From positions 3,145 to 67,144 of the forward strand of contig QOPH01000003.1 of the NCBI GenBank assembly GCA_003331635.1: a stretch of 64,000 bases of DNA, read 5' to 3'. The notes under the pieces are model-generated. The model saw only the letters and a program-made list of their open reading frames with translations, was not told where the DNA came from and did no database searches. Positions 49,913 through 57,938 of this stretch are shown here, in pieces. Made by a program: the position numbers and the translations under genes. Each line of letters begins with the position of its first letter. The stretch's first letter is position 1. The DNA comes from SAR86 cluster bacterium (GTDB taxonomy: Bacteria; Pseudomonadota; Gammaproteobacteria; Magnimaribacterales; TMED112).

Positions 49913-51550
49913 TTATAATTTGACAATTTTTATTTCACTCTCTTTCCATCCATATCTAACAGCTTTAAAGTAAATTTTTTTGTTTTTCTTTACTTCAATT
50001 GGTTGAGAGTAAACTTCCCAATTTTTTCCATCATAGGAAAATCCAATTGATGCATCTTTACTTACATCACTATTCTTTAGATGTAATAAGCCATTCTCAA
50101 GAGAGTATAGTGGCTCTTTGGTTTGAGGTTGGGTATTTGCAGGCCAGAAAACTTCTATCAAATCTTCTTCCTCTAAATGCCCATGAAAATTATTTTTCTC
50201 TATCCACTGCTCCAGAACGTTTTCTAATAACAAAACTTTTTCTTTGTAATTGGGGTCATAGGCTAGGTTATTAATCTCAAAAGGATCCTTATTTAAATCA
50301 TATAACTGCAATTCAGGAATTAATTCTAGCCATATTTTTTGAATTTCATTAAGTTCATTGTTTTCATACATTTTTCTTAACTCTTTCATCGACATGAGGT
50401 TTTCTCTAAATGACAGCTTTTGTGCACCTACTATCCCCAAAGAATAGTTTTTAATAAATTTATAATCTTTATTACGGACTGCTCGTGTTTTGCCTTTAAA
50501 ACTATCTAGTCGATCTCTTGCTGCGAAAATATATTCATTTTTTTCATTTCCAAAAATTGATTTACCATCCATATAACTTGGAATTGAAACGCCGGCAAGG
50601 TCAAGAACTGTTGGTGCAATATCTAAAAAAGATACAATGTCATAAATTTTTTCACCTGGTTTTTGCCATGAAGAAAATTTTTGTGGAACAAGGATTATGA
50701 ATGGAACATTAATCCCAGTATCAAATAATTCTCTTTTATATCTCGGTAAGCCATCGCCATGATCAGAGGTAAAAATAATTATAGTGTCATCAAGAATATT
50801 ATCCTTTTTAAGCTGATCAATTATTTCTTTTACTTCAATATCAAGTATATAAATGTTGTTATAGGCTCTTGCAATATCCTTCCTTACTTCAGAAGTGTCA
50901 GGTAAAAAAGGAGGTACTACTACATTTTCAGGTTTTACTGGTGCCTTATATAGCATCTGTCTTGTTTGCTGCATTAGCTTAATTGCCTGAGTATCAACAG
51001 AATTCATTTTTCCTCTAAAGATCCCACTTTCATGTGTAATTATTAAATTGATCATTCCAAAAAAAGGCTCAGAATTTTTTCTATTCCTCCAACCAAATTT
51101 ATCTTTTTCTGAATTCCAAATTGTAAAAGGCCCACTCCCTGGAAAAATTCCACTAAATTGGTAATCAAGCTTGTCATTGGTAAAAGTGAAATACCCTTGT
51201 TTCCTCAAAATTTCCGGAAATGCCTTAATGTGTGCTTCTGGAACGGCTAGATAAGGAACGCTTCCTCCCGAACTAGTCCTCATATGCATCGAACCAATAG
51301 ATATTTGATTTTTACCTGTCAATAAAGCTGATCTGCTACAGGCGCATACTCCGGCAGTAGTAAAAGCATTCATATAAGAGGTGCCATTTTTTACTAGCTC
51401 ATCTAAATTTGGAGTAATTGCAGCTTTATCGCCTAGAGCATTAATTCTTAGGCTCATATCGTCTGCCATAATTACCAAGATGTTAGGTCTCTCGTCAGGA
51501 AAAATTACTTGAGCAAGTAAAACAAATAAGAATCTAGAGATTATTTTCAT
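49913..51550 (-). CDS. Sulfatase, N-sulfoglucosamine sulfohydrolase-like, with atypical CXCXR signature
   Basis: MADDM, GVCACSRSALLTG, 'SDHGDGLPRYKRELFDTG..VP', 'ARDR.D...G..RAVR'. Confidence 0.85.
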   Translation of the reverse strand: MKIISRFLFVLLAQVIFPDERPNILVIMADDMSLRINALGDKAAITPNLDELVKNGTSYMNAFTTAGVCACSRSALLTGKNQISIGSMHMRTSSGGSVPYLAVPEAHIKAFPEILRKQGYFTFTNDKLDYQFSGIFPGSGPFTIWNSEKDKFGWRNRKNSEPFFGMINLIITHESGIFRGKMNSVDTQAIKLMQQTRQMLYKAPVKPENVVVPPFLPDTSEVRKDIARAYNNIYILDIEVKEIIDQLKKDNILDDTIIIFTSDHGDGLPRYKRELFDTGINVPFIILVPQKFSSWQKPGEKIYDIVSFLDIAPTVLDLAGVSIPSYMDGKSIFGNEKNEYIFAARDRLDSFKGKTRAVRNKDYKFIKNYSLGIVGAQKLSFRENLMSMKELRKMYENNELNEIQKIWLELIPELQLYDLNKDPFEINNLAYDPNYKEKVLLLENVLEQWIEKNNFHGHLEEEDLIEVFWPANTQPQTKEPLYSLENGLLHLKNSDVSKDASIGFSYDGKNWEVYSQPIEVKKNKKIYFKAVRYGWKESEIKIVKL

Positions 51551-52164
51551 TATTCTTCATATTTTAAAGATTTGGCCTTTAGAAATGCCTTTCTTTTAAA
51601 TAAGTTTTCTGTCCATCTTGTTATATTTGGTTTCATTGCTTGTTCAATGCCAAGAGCTTCTGCTAAATTTATTGCGTAACTCACACATATATCAGCGATG
51701 GTGAATCGATTTGAGCAAAGAAACTCTCTATCAGCTAAACTACTTTCAAGAAGTTTTAAGCGTGAAACAAACCATCTGCTGTAACCTTCAACTGCACCAT
51801 CAGCAACACCAGGTTCTTGAAATTTATATCTTAGGACTACAGTTTGTGGAAAAGTAAGTGTCGCATCGGCATGAAAAAGCCAATTTAAATAATTTGGATA
51901 GTCAGCTTCATTAGGCTTTACTTGTAAATCTGAGGGGCCAAATTTTTCAACTAGATATTGGCACATTGCAACAGATTCAGTCATTTTTATATCTCCATCA
52001 ATCAGATAGGGAACAGTGCCTAGCATATTCACATCAAGATACTCTTTCTTAAAAACCCTTGGAGGGAATGGCATTATTTCAAGTTCATAATCAATATCAA
52101 GCTCTTCTGCCGTCCAAATTGGCCTTACTGATCTTGAATTTTCTGTGGCATAAATTTTAATCAC
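51550..52164 (-). CDS. Glutathione S-transferase
   Basis: 'SRS.R..W..EEL', 'LGTVP.L.DG...MTES.A', 'FTIADI'. Confidence 0.9.
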   Translation of the reverse strand: MIKIYATENSRSVRPIWTAEELDIDYELEIMPFPPRVFKKEYLDVNMLGTVPYLIDGDIKMTESVAMCQYLVEKFGPSDLQVKPNEADYPNYLNWLFHADATLTFPQTVVLRYKFQEPGVADGAVEGYSRWFVSRLKLLESSLADREFLCSNRFTIADICVSYAINLAEALGIEQAMKPNITRWTENLFKRKAFLKAKSLKYEE

Positions 52165-52237
52165 TGTTTAATTATACTATTTGAAGTAAAAAAAATTATT
52201 TTAAGAAATTTATGATAAGTTTGTAGTAGGAGTGTTT

Positions 52238-52963
52238 ATGAGAATTTTAGTACTTTTAATTATTTCATTTTTTTCTTTTTCACAGGAGGAACAATATCGT
52301 TCTGAATTTGCCTGGTGTAATTTAAAGGATGAAAATTCTATTGATGATGCAAAAAATATTGCAAGCAAATATGGTGAGTTTGTAGAAAGTGTAGGTTCGC
52401 AGTACGAACAATCATTTTTGGCTCCAATGCATGCAGGAGAATTTCAATACGATTATGTTCTGTGGGGAAGTTGGCCAGATGGGCAGTCCATGTATGAAGA
52501 GTGGGGATCGTACTTAAATGACTACGAAAAACCACCTGAAGTAGCAGACTGCAAAAAGTGGCGAGCCGTATATAATTTTTTAGTTGGCAAAAGTGAAATC
52601 TCATCTGAAAAGAAAGATGAGAAAAAACCTGTTCAGTTTGCTGCATGTAAATTTACAGCCTCTGGCAACAGTGAAAAACTATTTTCTGCTGCCAAACTTA
52701 ATGAATCTGAACTTATTGAATATGGTTTTAAAGGGTGGAAGCATCATTATCTATTTCCATATCTTGGATGGGAAGATGAATTTGAATTTGATTTTATTCA
52801 GGTATTTCACTGGGACTCATTCGAATCCAGAGCGACAATGGCACAGAAATACGTAGATTTTTCTTCAAAGTACCCTGAAAACTCAAAGAGATTTGACAAG
52901 ATTGCCAAATGCAGTGGGCAAAATAGCTTCTATGAAGAATTTATTTTTTCAAATTGGAATTAA
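52238..52963 (+). CDS. Secreted hypothetical protein with two homologous domains
   Basis: RBS AGGAG before the ATG at 52238, signal peptide, repeats beginning EFAWC and QFAAC. Confidence 0.7.
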   Translation: MRILVLLIISFFSFSQEEQYRSEFAWCNLKDENSIDDAKNIASKYGEFVESVGSQYEQSFLAPMHAGEFQYDYVLWGSWPDGQSMYEEWGSYLNDYEKPPEVADCKKWRAVYNFLVGKSEISSEKKDEKKPVQFAACKFTASGNSEKLFSAAKLNESELIEYGFKGWKHHYLFPYLGWEDEFEFDFIQVFHWDSFESRATMAQKYVDFSSKYPENSKRFDKIAKCSGQNSFYEEFIFSNWN

Positions 52964-52986
52964 TTAATGTGAGAAATGCTTGTTAA

Positions 52987-53691
52987 CTAATAAGCATTTC
53001 TTATTTTAACTTCTGAGCTACTGAAAGCTCTCTTTTCACCATCTAAGTGAACAATCATTCTTCCCGAAGTGTCGATGCATAAAAAAACAGCTTTTTTTTC
53101 ATCTGGCAAGATTAGTATTTCTTGATTCATATGGAAGCATTTTTTCTCCCACCTTTCTTTCCAGTCGCTTAGAAAATTATCCTCATTAATTTTTGATAAC
53201 TTTTTAAAAACAAATTTAATAAATTTTAATCTTTCCCCTTCATTTACTTTCAGATTTAGATCTCCCCAGTGAGCTTCTAGTGCATCCAGTTTTAGATTTA
53301 TTCCTACCCCAATTACGACAAAAAATTTACCATCGCTATTAACTGACTCAACTAAAATTCCACCAATTTTTTTATTTTTGTACACCAAATCATTAGGCCA
53401 CTTAAGTTGAATATCAATATCAAAGAAATCTTGTATTGCATCGCTTACTATTACTGCTGTTTTAATGGGTAAATTCTCTGAAAGAGCATCTTTTATGAAA
53501 CCAAATGAAAAATAAATATTACCTTCTTTACTATGCCACTTGTTTTGATTTCTTCCTCTTCCATTTGTTTGTGAATTGCTGGAAATAAGCACTGAAGAAT
53601 GTTTTTTTTCTTCTAATCTTTCTAAACAAATTTCGTTAGTAGAAGTTACTGAATGAAAGTGAACCTCTAAAATGCTAATTTGCTCTCCCAT
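52987..53691 (-). CDS. birA: Biotin protein ligase (no N-terminal HTH)
   Basis: 'STNE', QTNGRGR...W, LKWPND, KIGGILVE, GVGIN. Confidence 0.93.
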   Translation of the reverse strand: MGEQISILEVHFHSVTSTNEICLERLEEKKHSSVLISSNSQTNGRGRNQNKWHSKEGNIYFSFGFIKDALSENLPIKTAVIVSDAIQDFFDIDIQLKWPNDLVYKNKKIGGILVESVNSDGKFFVVIGVGINLKLDALEAHWGDLNLKVNEGERLKFIKFVFKKLSKINEDNFLSDWKERWEKKCFHMNQEILILPDEKKAVFLCIDTSGRMIVHLDGEKRAFSSSEVKIRNAY

Positions 53692-54370
53692 CCTTTAAAT
53701 GATAAGGGACATACACCAAATAAGTGAAAAACCATGCAGCAGGTATAAGTGCAAAGATATGATAAGGAGCATCCGGCATAAAGCTTGTAATATTGTCTCC
53801 ACTAGGTTTTTCTAAAATGTACCAATAATTAGTTTCTAGAGCAAAATTTAGTACATACATCAATGGCAAGAAAACAAAAGTTGTGTAAGTAATTATTTTG
53901 AGAAAGTCTTTAAAATATGGTCTTTGATCCATTAAGACCATTGCTACGGATACTCCCAAAATTATAAGCAAATGTCCATACATGTGATTTAGATATTCAA
54001 GAGATGGGAAGCCAAGCGCAGTATCAGGAGTTAATAAAGACATTCCTGCACCAACTATTCCCCAAAAATATGCAAACAAGAAAAATATTCTAGGGCCACC
54101 TAAAAGATAAATAGATATACACCAAGTTGAAAAAGCACACATATGGAGTGGAAGCGCATCTACCATTGCGTAATTTCTAACTTCAACTTTAAAAAATGGA
54201 TCGAAAATCTCATGAGAAATCATAAGAAAAGCAAGTGTATAGCGTAAAATCTTGATTGTCTTCTCGCTTGAACCTATGAAGAGTCTTGGTAAAAAAACTA
54301 TAACAAAAATGCAAAAAATAAATGTGAGGATGTGAGATGTGTCTAGTAAATTCAATGCCTGTGCAGTCAT
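53675..54370 (-). CDS. YwaF/TIGR02206 (TMEM164-like) membrane protein, copy 2
   Basis: LPLHMCAFS, YFWG, LLTPD, YGH, NYWYILEKP, FMP.APYH. Confidence 0.85.
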   Translation of the reverse strand: MTAQALNLLDTSHILTFIFCIFVIVFLPRLFIGSSEKTIKILRYTLAFLMISHEIFDPFFKVEVRNYAMVDALPLHMCAFSTWCISIYLLGGPRIFFLFAYFWGIVGAGMSLLTPDTALGFPSLEYLNHMYGHLLIILGVSVAMVLMDQRPYFKDFLKIITYTTFVFLPLMYVLNFALETNYWYILEKPSGDNITSFMPDAPYHIFALIPAAWFFTYLVYVPYHLKDGRAN

Positions 54371-56037
54371 TTTAAGTTTCTTATCATATCAGCTGCTTTT
54401 TCACCAATCATCATTGAAGGTGCATTTGTATTTCCACCCACTAGCGTCGGCATAATAGAAGCATCAACAACCCTTAGATTTTTAACGCCTTTTACTTTGA
54501 GCTCACTATCCACTACAGCCATTTCATCATTGCCCATCTTACACGTACCTACAGGGTGATATATTGTATCTGACCTTTCTCTAAGAGCATTGACTATAGC
54601 TTGATCATTATTAATGTCTATAGGATTTCTAATATTTTTATAATTACTTAACGGCTCAGTATTCATAATTTCCATCATTCTTTTATATCCATCTACCATT
54701 GTGTCAATATCGGATTGAACCGAAAGATAATTGGGATCAATTAAAGGATCTTCAAATGGGTCTTTGCTTGCAATTTTCACAGTTCCTCTTGATTCAGGCC
54801 TTAAAAGACACATATGACAGCTAAAGCCATTCCCCCATAGGTCTTGACGTCCATGATCTTCAACCATAGCTACTACAAAATGTAACTGAATGTCTGGAAT
54901 TTCCTTATCTTTTGATGATTTTATAAAAGCACCTCCTTCAGCTAAAGGCGAAGTAAACATCCCTTTCCTCTGAAAAATTAATTTCATAAATTCTATAGGT
55001 GCTCTAAAAGTAAACTTTAATGATTTGAAGAAACTACCTAAAAGCTCCCAGTCATCAACTCGATGCGTTGTAATATAGTCAAGATGATCTTGAAGGTTTT
55101 CACCAACTCCTTTTAAATCTACAAGACACTCAATATGTCTTGACGCTAAAAAATCTTTGTCACCTATTCCAGATCTCATTAAAAGGGTAGGGGAACCATA
55201 GGCACCACCACATAAAATAATCTCTTTGTTTGCTTCTAAAGAGAAATATTTGTCCTTACTTATACATTTAACTGATTTTGCTCTTAATTTTTCAAATTCA
55301 ATCTTTTCTACAGTAGTGTCTGTGAATATAGTCAAGTTTTCTCTATCTTTTATTGGGTTGAGATAGGCTACAGCACTACTGCACCTAAGACCATTTTTTT
55401 GGGTTACTTGATATATTCCAACACCTTCTTGATCATCACCATTGAAGTCGTTATTAAATTTATGAACTTTTGAACCTGCTTCAACAAAAAACCTTGTGAA
55501 TGGGTTGTCATGTCTTTGAGCAGCAACATTCAAGGGTCCGCCTTTGCCATGTAAATCATCTGAAAAAACTTCGTTATTTTCAGATTTCTTAAAATATGGA
55601 AGCACATCTTTAAAAGACCATCCTTCATTACCTAGTTCAGCCCAATGATCGTAGTCCCATTTGTGCCCTCTAACATAAAGCATGCCATTAACCGAGCTTG
55701 AGCCACCTAGAACTTTACCTCTAGGTTGGTACCCTTTTCTCTTTTCTTCATAACTTTGAGGAACTGAGTAAGTCCTTCCAAATGTGTCTGAAATTTTTGC
55801 AGGCCCCTCAGCTAATGTAACATCACTAAAATTTTTCTGTGGAACTGTATCGTACTCATAAATTAGGTTAGCTCCTCTTAAAAATGCATACATTGCAGGT
55901 ATATGAATTAAAGGATTTTTATCTTTCGGGCCAGTTTCAATCAGACAAACATTAGTTGCTTTGTCTTCCGTTAATCTATTGGCTAAGACACAACCTGCTG
56001 AACCGCCGCCAACAATTATGTAATCGAATTTTGTCAT
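54367..56037 (-). CDS. GMC oxidoreductase (AlkJ/choline dehydrogenase-like)
   Basis: DYIIVGGGSAGCVLANRL, PRGKVLGGSSSVNGM, GENLQDH, YHPVGTCKMG, GGNTNAP. Confidence 0.95.
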   Translation of the reverse strand: MTKFDYIIVGGGSAGCVLANRLTEDKATNVCLIETGPKDKNPLIHIPAMYAFLRGANLIYEYDTVPQKNFSDVTLAEGPAKISDTFGRTYSVPQSYEEKRKGYQPRGKVLGGSSSVNGMLYVRGHKWDYDHWAELGNEGWSFKDVLPYFKKSENNEVFSDDLHGKGGPLNVAAQRHDNPFTRFFVEAGSKVHKFNNDFNGDDQEGVGIYQVTQKNGLRCSSAVAYLNPIKDRENLTIFTDTTVEKIEFEKLRAKSVKCISKDKYFSLEANKEIILCGGAYGSPTLLMRSGIGDKDFLASRHIECLVDLKGVGENLQDHLDYITTHRVDDWELLGSFFKSLKFTFRAPIEFMKLIFQRKGMFTSPLAEGGAFIKSSKDKEIPDIQLHFVVAMVEDHGRQDLWGNGFSCHMCLLRPESRGTVKIASKDPFEDPLIDPNYLSVQSDIDTMVDGYKRMMEIMNTEPLSNYKNIRNPIDINNDQAIVNALRERSDTIYHPVGTCKMGNDEMAVVDSELKVKGVKNLRVVDASIMPTLVGGNTNAPSMMIGEKAADMIRNLK

Positions 56038-56744
56038 GCTTTTTTAAATTTGTCCCACAACAAGAAAGGTATGTATGTGATGAAAAAGACAATTAGTGCT
56101 AAGGGTGCAATGCCCAACATATGATAAGGAGCTTCAGGCATAAAAACTGCTAGAGAGTCTCCGGCAGGTTTATCCATTAAATACCAATAATTTGCATCTC
56201 CTCCAATTAAAATATTCACTGCGTAAATTGGTATTAGAAGAAGAATAGTTATAACTGCCATTCTCCAAAAATTTTGCAGATGTGGACGGTATTTTAAAAC
56301 AGTTAATGCAAAAAACACTCCCAATAAAATTTGGCCATGGCCATAGAAGAAGAAAAAGTATTCAACATCGGGCCACCCAAGTGTAAGATCTGGTGTCGCA
56401 AGCGCCATAGTTGCACCTCCTACACCCCAGTAGTAAGGGAGCTCGAAGAACATTTGATTTCTGCTTTTGCTTAACAAGAAAATACCTATAAGAAATGCAC
56501 TAAACGCACACATATGTAACGGAAGGTAAGTCTCCCAAGGTTTTTCAAAAACAAAAATGTATAAAAATGGCCTAATAATTTCAAAGCCTAAAAGAGAGAA
56601 ACCTATAATTTTTGTGACAATATTTTGAAGGGAAGTGCTGATGAAATTACTTATTAAACAAATCAAAACAATTATACCGAAGGTATAAGCAAGAGTCTCA
56701 ATGTGTTGTTCCCCAAAAAGTATAAATGGTTCAATCATAAGCAA
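56034..56744 (-). CDS. YwaF/TIGR02206 (TMEM164-like) membrane protein, copy 1
   Basis: LPLHMCAFS, YYWG, LATPDL, YGHG, NYWYLMDKP, FMPEAPYH. Confidence 0.85.
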   Translation of the reverse strand: MLMIEPFILFGEQHIETLAYTFGIIVLICLISNFISTSLQNIVTKIIGFSLLGFEIIRPFLYIFVFEKPWETYLPLHMCAFSAFLIGIFLLSKSRNQMFFELPYYWGVGGATMALATPDLTLGWPDVEYFFFFYGHGQILLGVFFALTVLKYRPHLQNFWRMAVITILLLIPIYAVNILIGGDANYWYLMDKPAGDSLAVFMPEAPYHMLGIAPLALIVFFITYIPFLLWDKFKKA

Positions 56745-56829
56745 AAAATTTATACAGAATAATCATACAGCTTATGTTGATACAAGCAAAATATAATTTA
56801 TGATGAATTATTAAATTATTTTAAGAACT

Positions 56830-57342
56830 ATGCCAAAAGATTGTCTTCTTTTAAATGGAAATGGTAAGCCTGTGAGCTATTTTCCTTTATCAACTTTAGA
56901 TTGGAAAACTGCTATCAAACTAATCTTTACAAGAAACATAGTTATTGTAAAAAATCATGAAGATTGGGTTGTGCGTTCACCATCAGTTACGGTAGAAGTT
57001 CCAAGCATAATTATGTTGAAGAGATTCCATAAATTTCAAAATTACGTAAAGTTCTCCAGGTCAAATGTCTATCTCAGAGACATGTATAAATGCCAGTATT
57101 GTTTAGATATTTTTGATGTAAATCAGCTTACATTAGACCATGTAATACCAAGATCTAAGGGGGGACAGACAGAATGGCAGAATATTGTTACATGTTGCAA
57201 ATCATGCAATACAAAAAAAGGTTCCAAAACTCTTAAGCCAATAATAGAGCCAAAAAAACCATCATTTGCTCATCTATTAAATGGACATAAGTTAAATAGG
57301 TCAGATTTTCCTGACAAATCTTGGGCTGACTATATTTTTTAG
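56830..57342 (+). CDS. HNH endonuclease (McrA-like, zinc-binding)
   Basis: 'LLLN....P.S..PLS...W..A', 'SR.NV.LRD...CQYC', LTLDHVIPRS.GG, CCKSCN.KKG. Confidence 0.9.
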   Translation: MPKDCLLLNGNGKPVSYFPLSTLDWKTAIKLIFTRNIVIVKNHEDWVVRSPSVTVEVPSIIMLKRFHKFQNYVKFSRSNVYLRDMYKCQYCLDIFDVNQLTLDHVIPRSKGGQTEWQNIVTCCKSCNTKKGSKTLKPIIEPKKPSFAHLLNGHKLNRSDFPDKSWADYIF

Positions 57343-57938
57343 TATTTTATAGAACACCCATAAGGCCTTGTGCTGCTACTTTCAATTTCTAATCCTGCGT
57401 TAAGATTTTGAATTGCTTCTCTAACAAAATTTACTCCCTTCGATAGATCCGTGCTAAAAAGAGCACCCATTGTCCCAAGGTTATCTATTGCACCCTGATA
57501 TTTAAGCATGCCATCTTCATCGATTACATACATATGAGGTGTAGTTTTAGCTACAAACTTTTTACCTACAGAACCATCCTCGTCAAGAAGAACATGATTA
57601 GGGGATGCATCTCTTGTTAGGGTAAGTTCCTTAGCTTGGTCTTGATCTATATATCCTTGTTTGCCTTTTGCAGAAGAAACAATAGAAAGCCAAATTACAT
57701 TGTCTTCAACTAATTCTTTTTGAAGTTTTTGCATGTTGCCAGTCTCATAGTGCCTTTTAACAAAGGGACATTCATGATTAGTCCACTCTAGGACTACTTT
57801 TTTGCCACGAAACTCCTCAAGGCTGATTTTTTTATTGTCTTGATTAATTAGTGAAAAGTTAGGTGCAGTTTCTCCAACTTTTGCAAGAGAAAAAATATTC
57901 ATTGCAAAGAAAATAATAAGAATAATTTTAGCTTTCAT
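57339..57938 (-). CDS. Exported peroxiredoxin-like redoxin (AhpC/TSA fold)
   Basis: Signal peptide, 'AP.F.L', VVLEWTNHECPFV, 'TTPHM', C-terminal YGCSIKY. Confidence 0.82.
   Translation of the reverse strand: MKAKIILIIFFAMNIFSLAKVGETAPNFSLINQDNKKISLEEFRGKKVVLEWTNHECPFVKRHYETGNMQKLQKELVEDNVIWLSIVSSAKGKQGYIDQDQAKELTLTRDASPNHVLLDEDGSVGKKFVAKTTPHMYVIDEDGMLKYQGAIDNLGTMGALFSTDLSKGVNFVREAIQNLNAGLEIESSSTRPYGCSIKY

Noticed and set aside
52987-53691. BirA lacking the DNA-binding domain
   Set aside because: Monofunctional group I biotin ligases are common, so this is not novel.
56745-57342. HNH gene as an IscB/HEARO-type RNA-guided system
   Set aside because: There are no RuvC or PLMP motifs. The upstream gap is only 85 bp of AT-rich DNA with no structured RNA, and the downstream gene overlaps.
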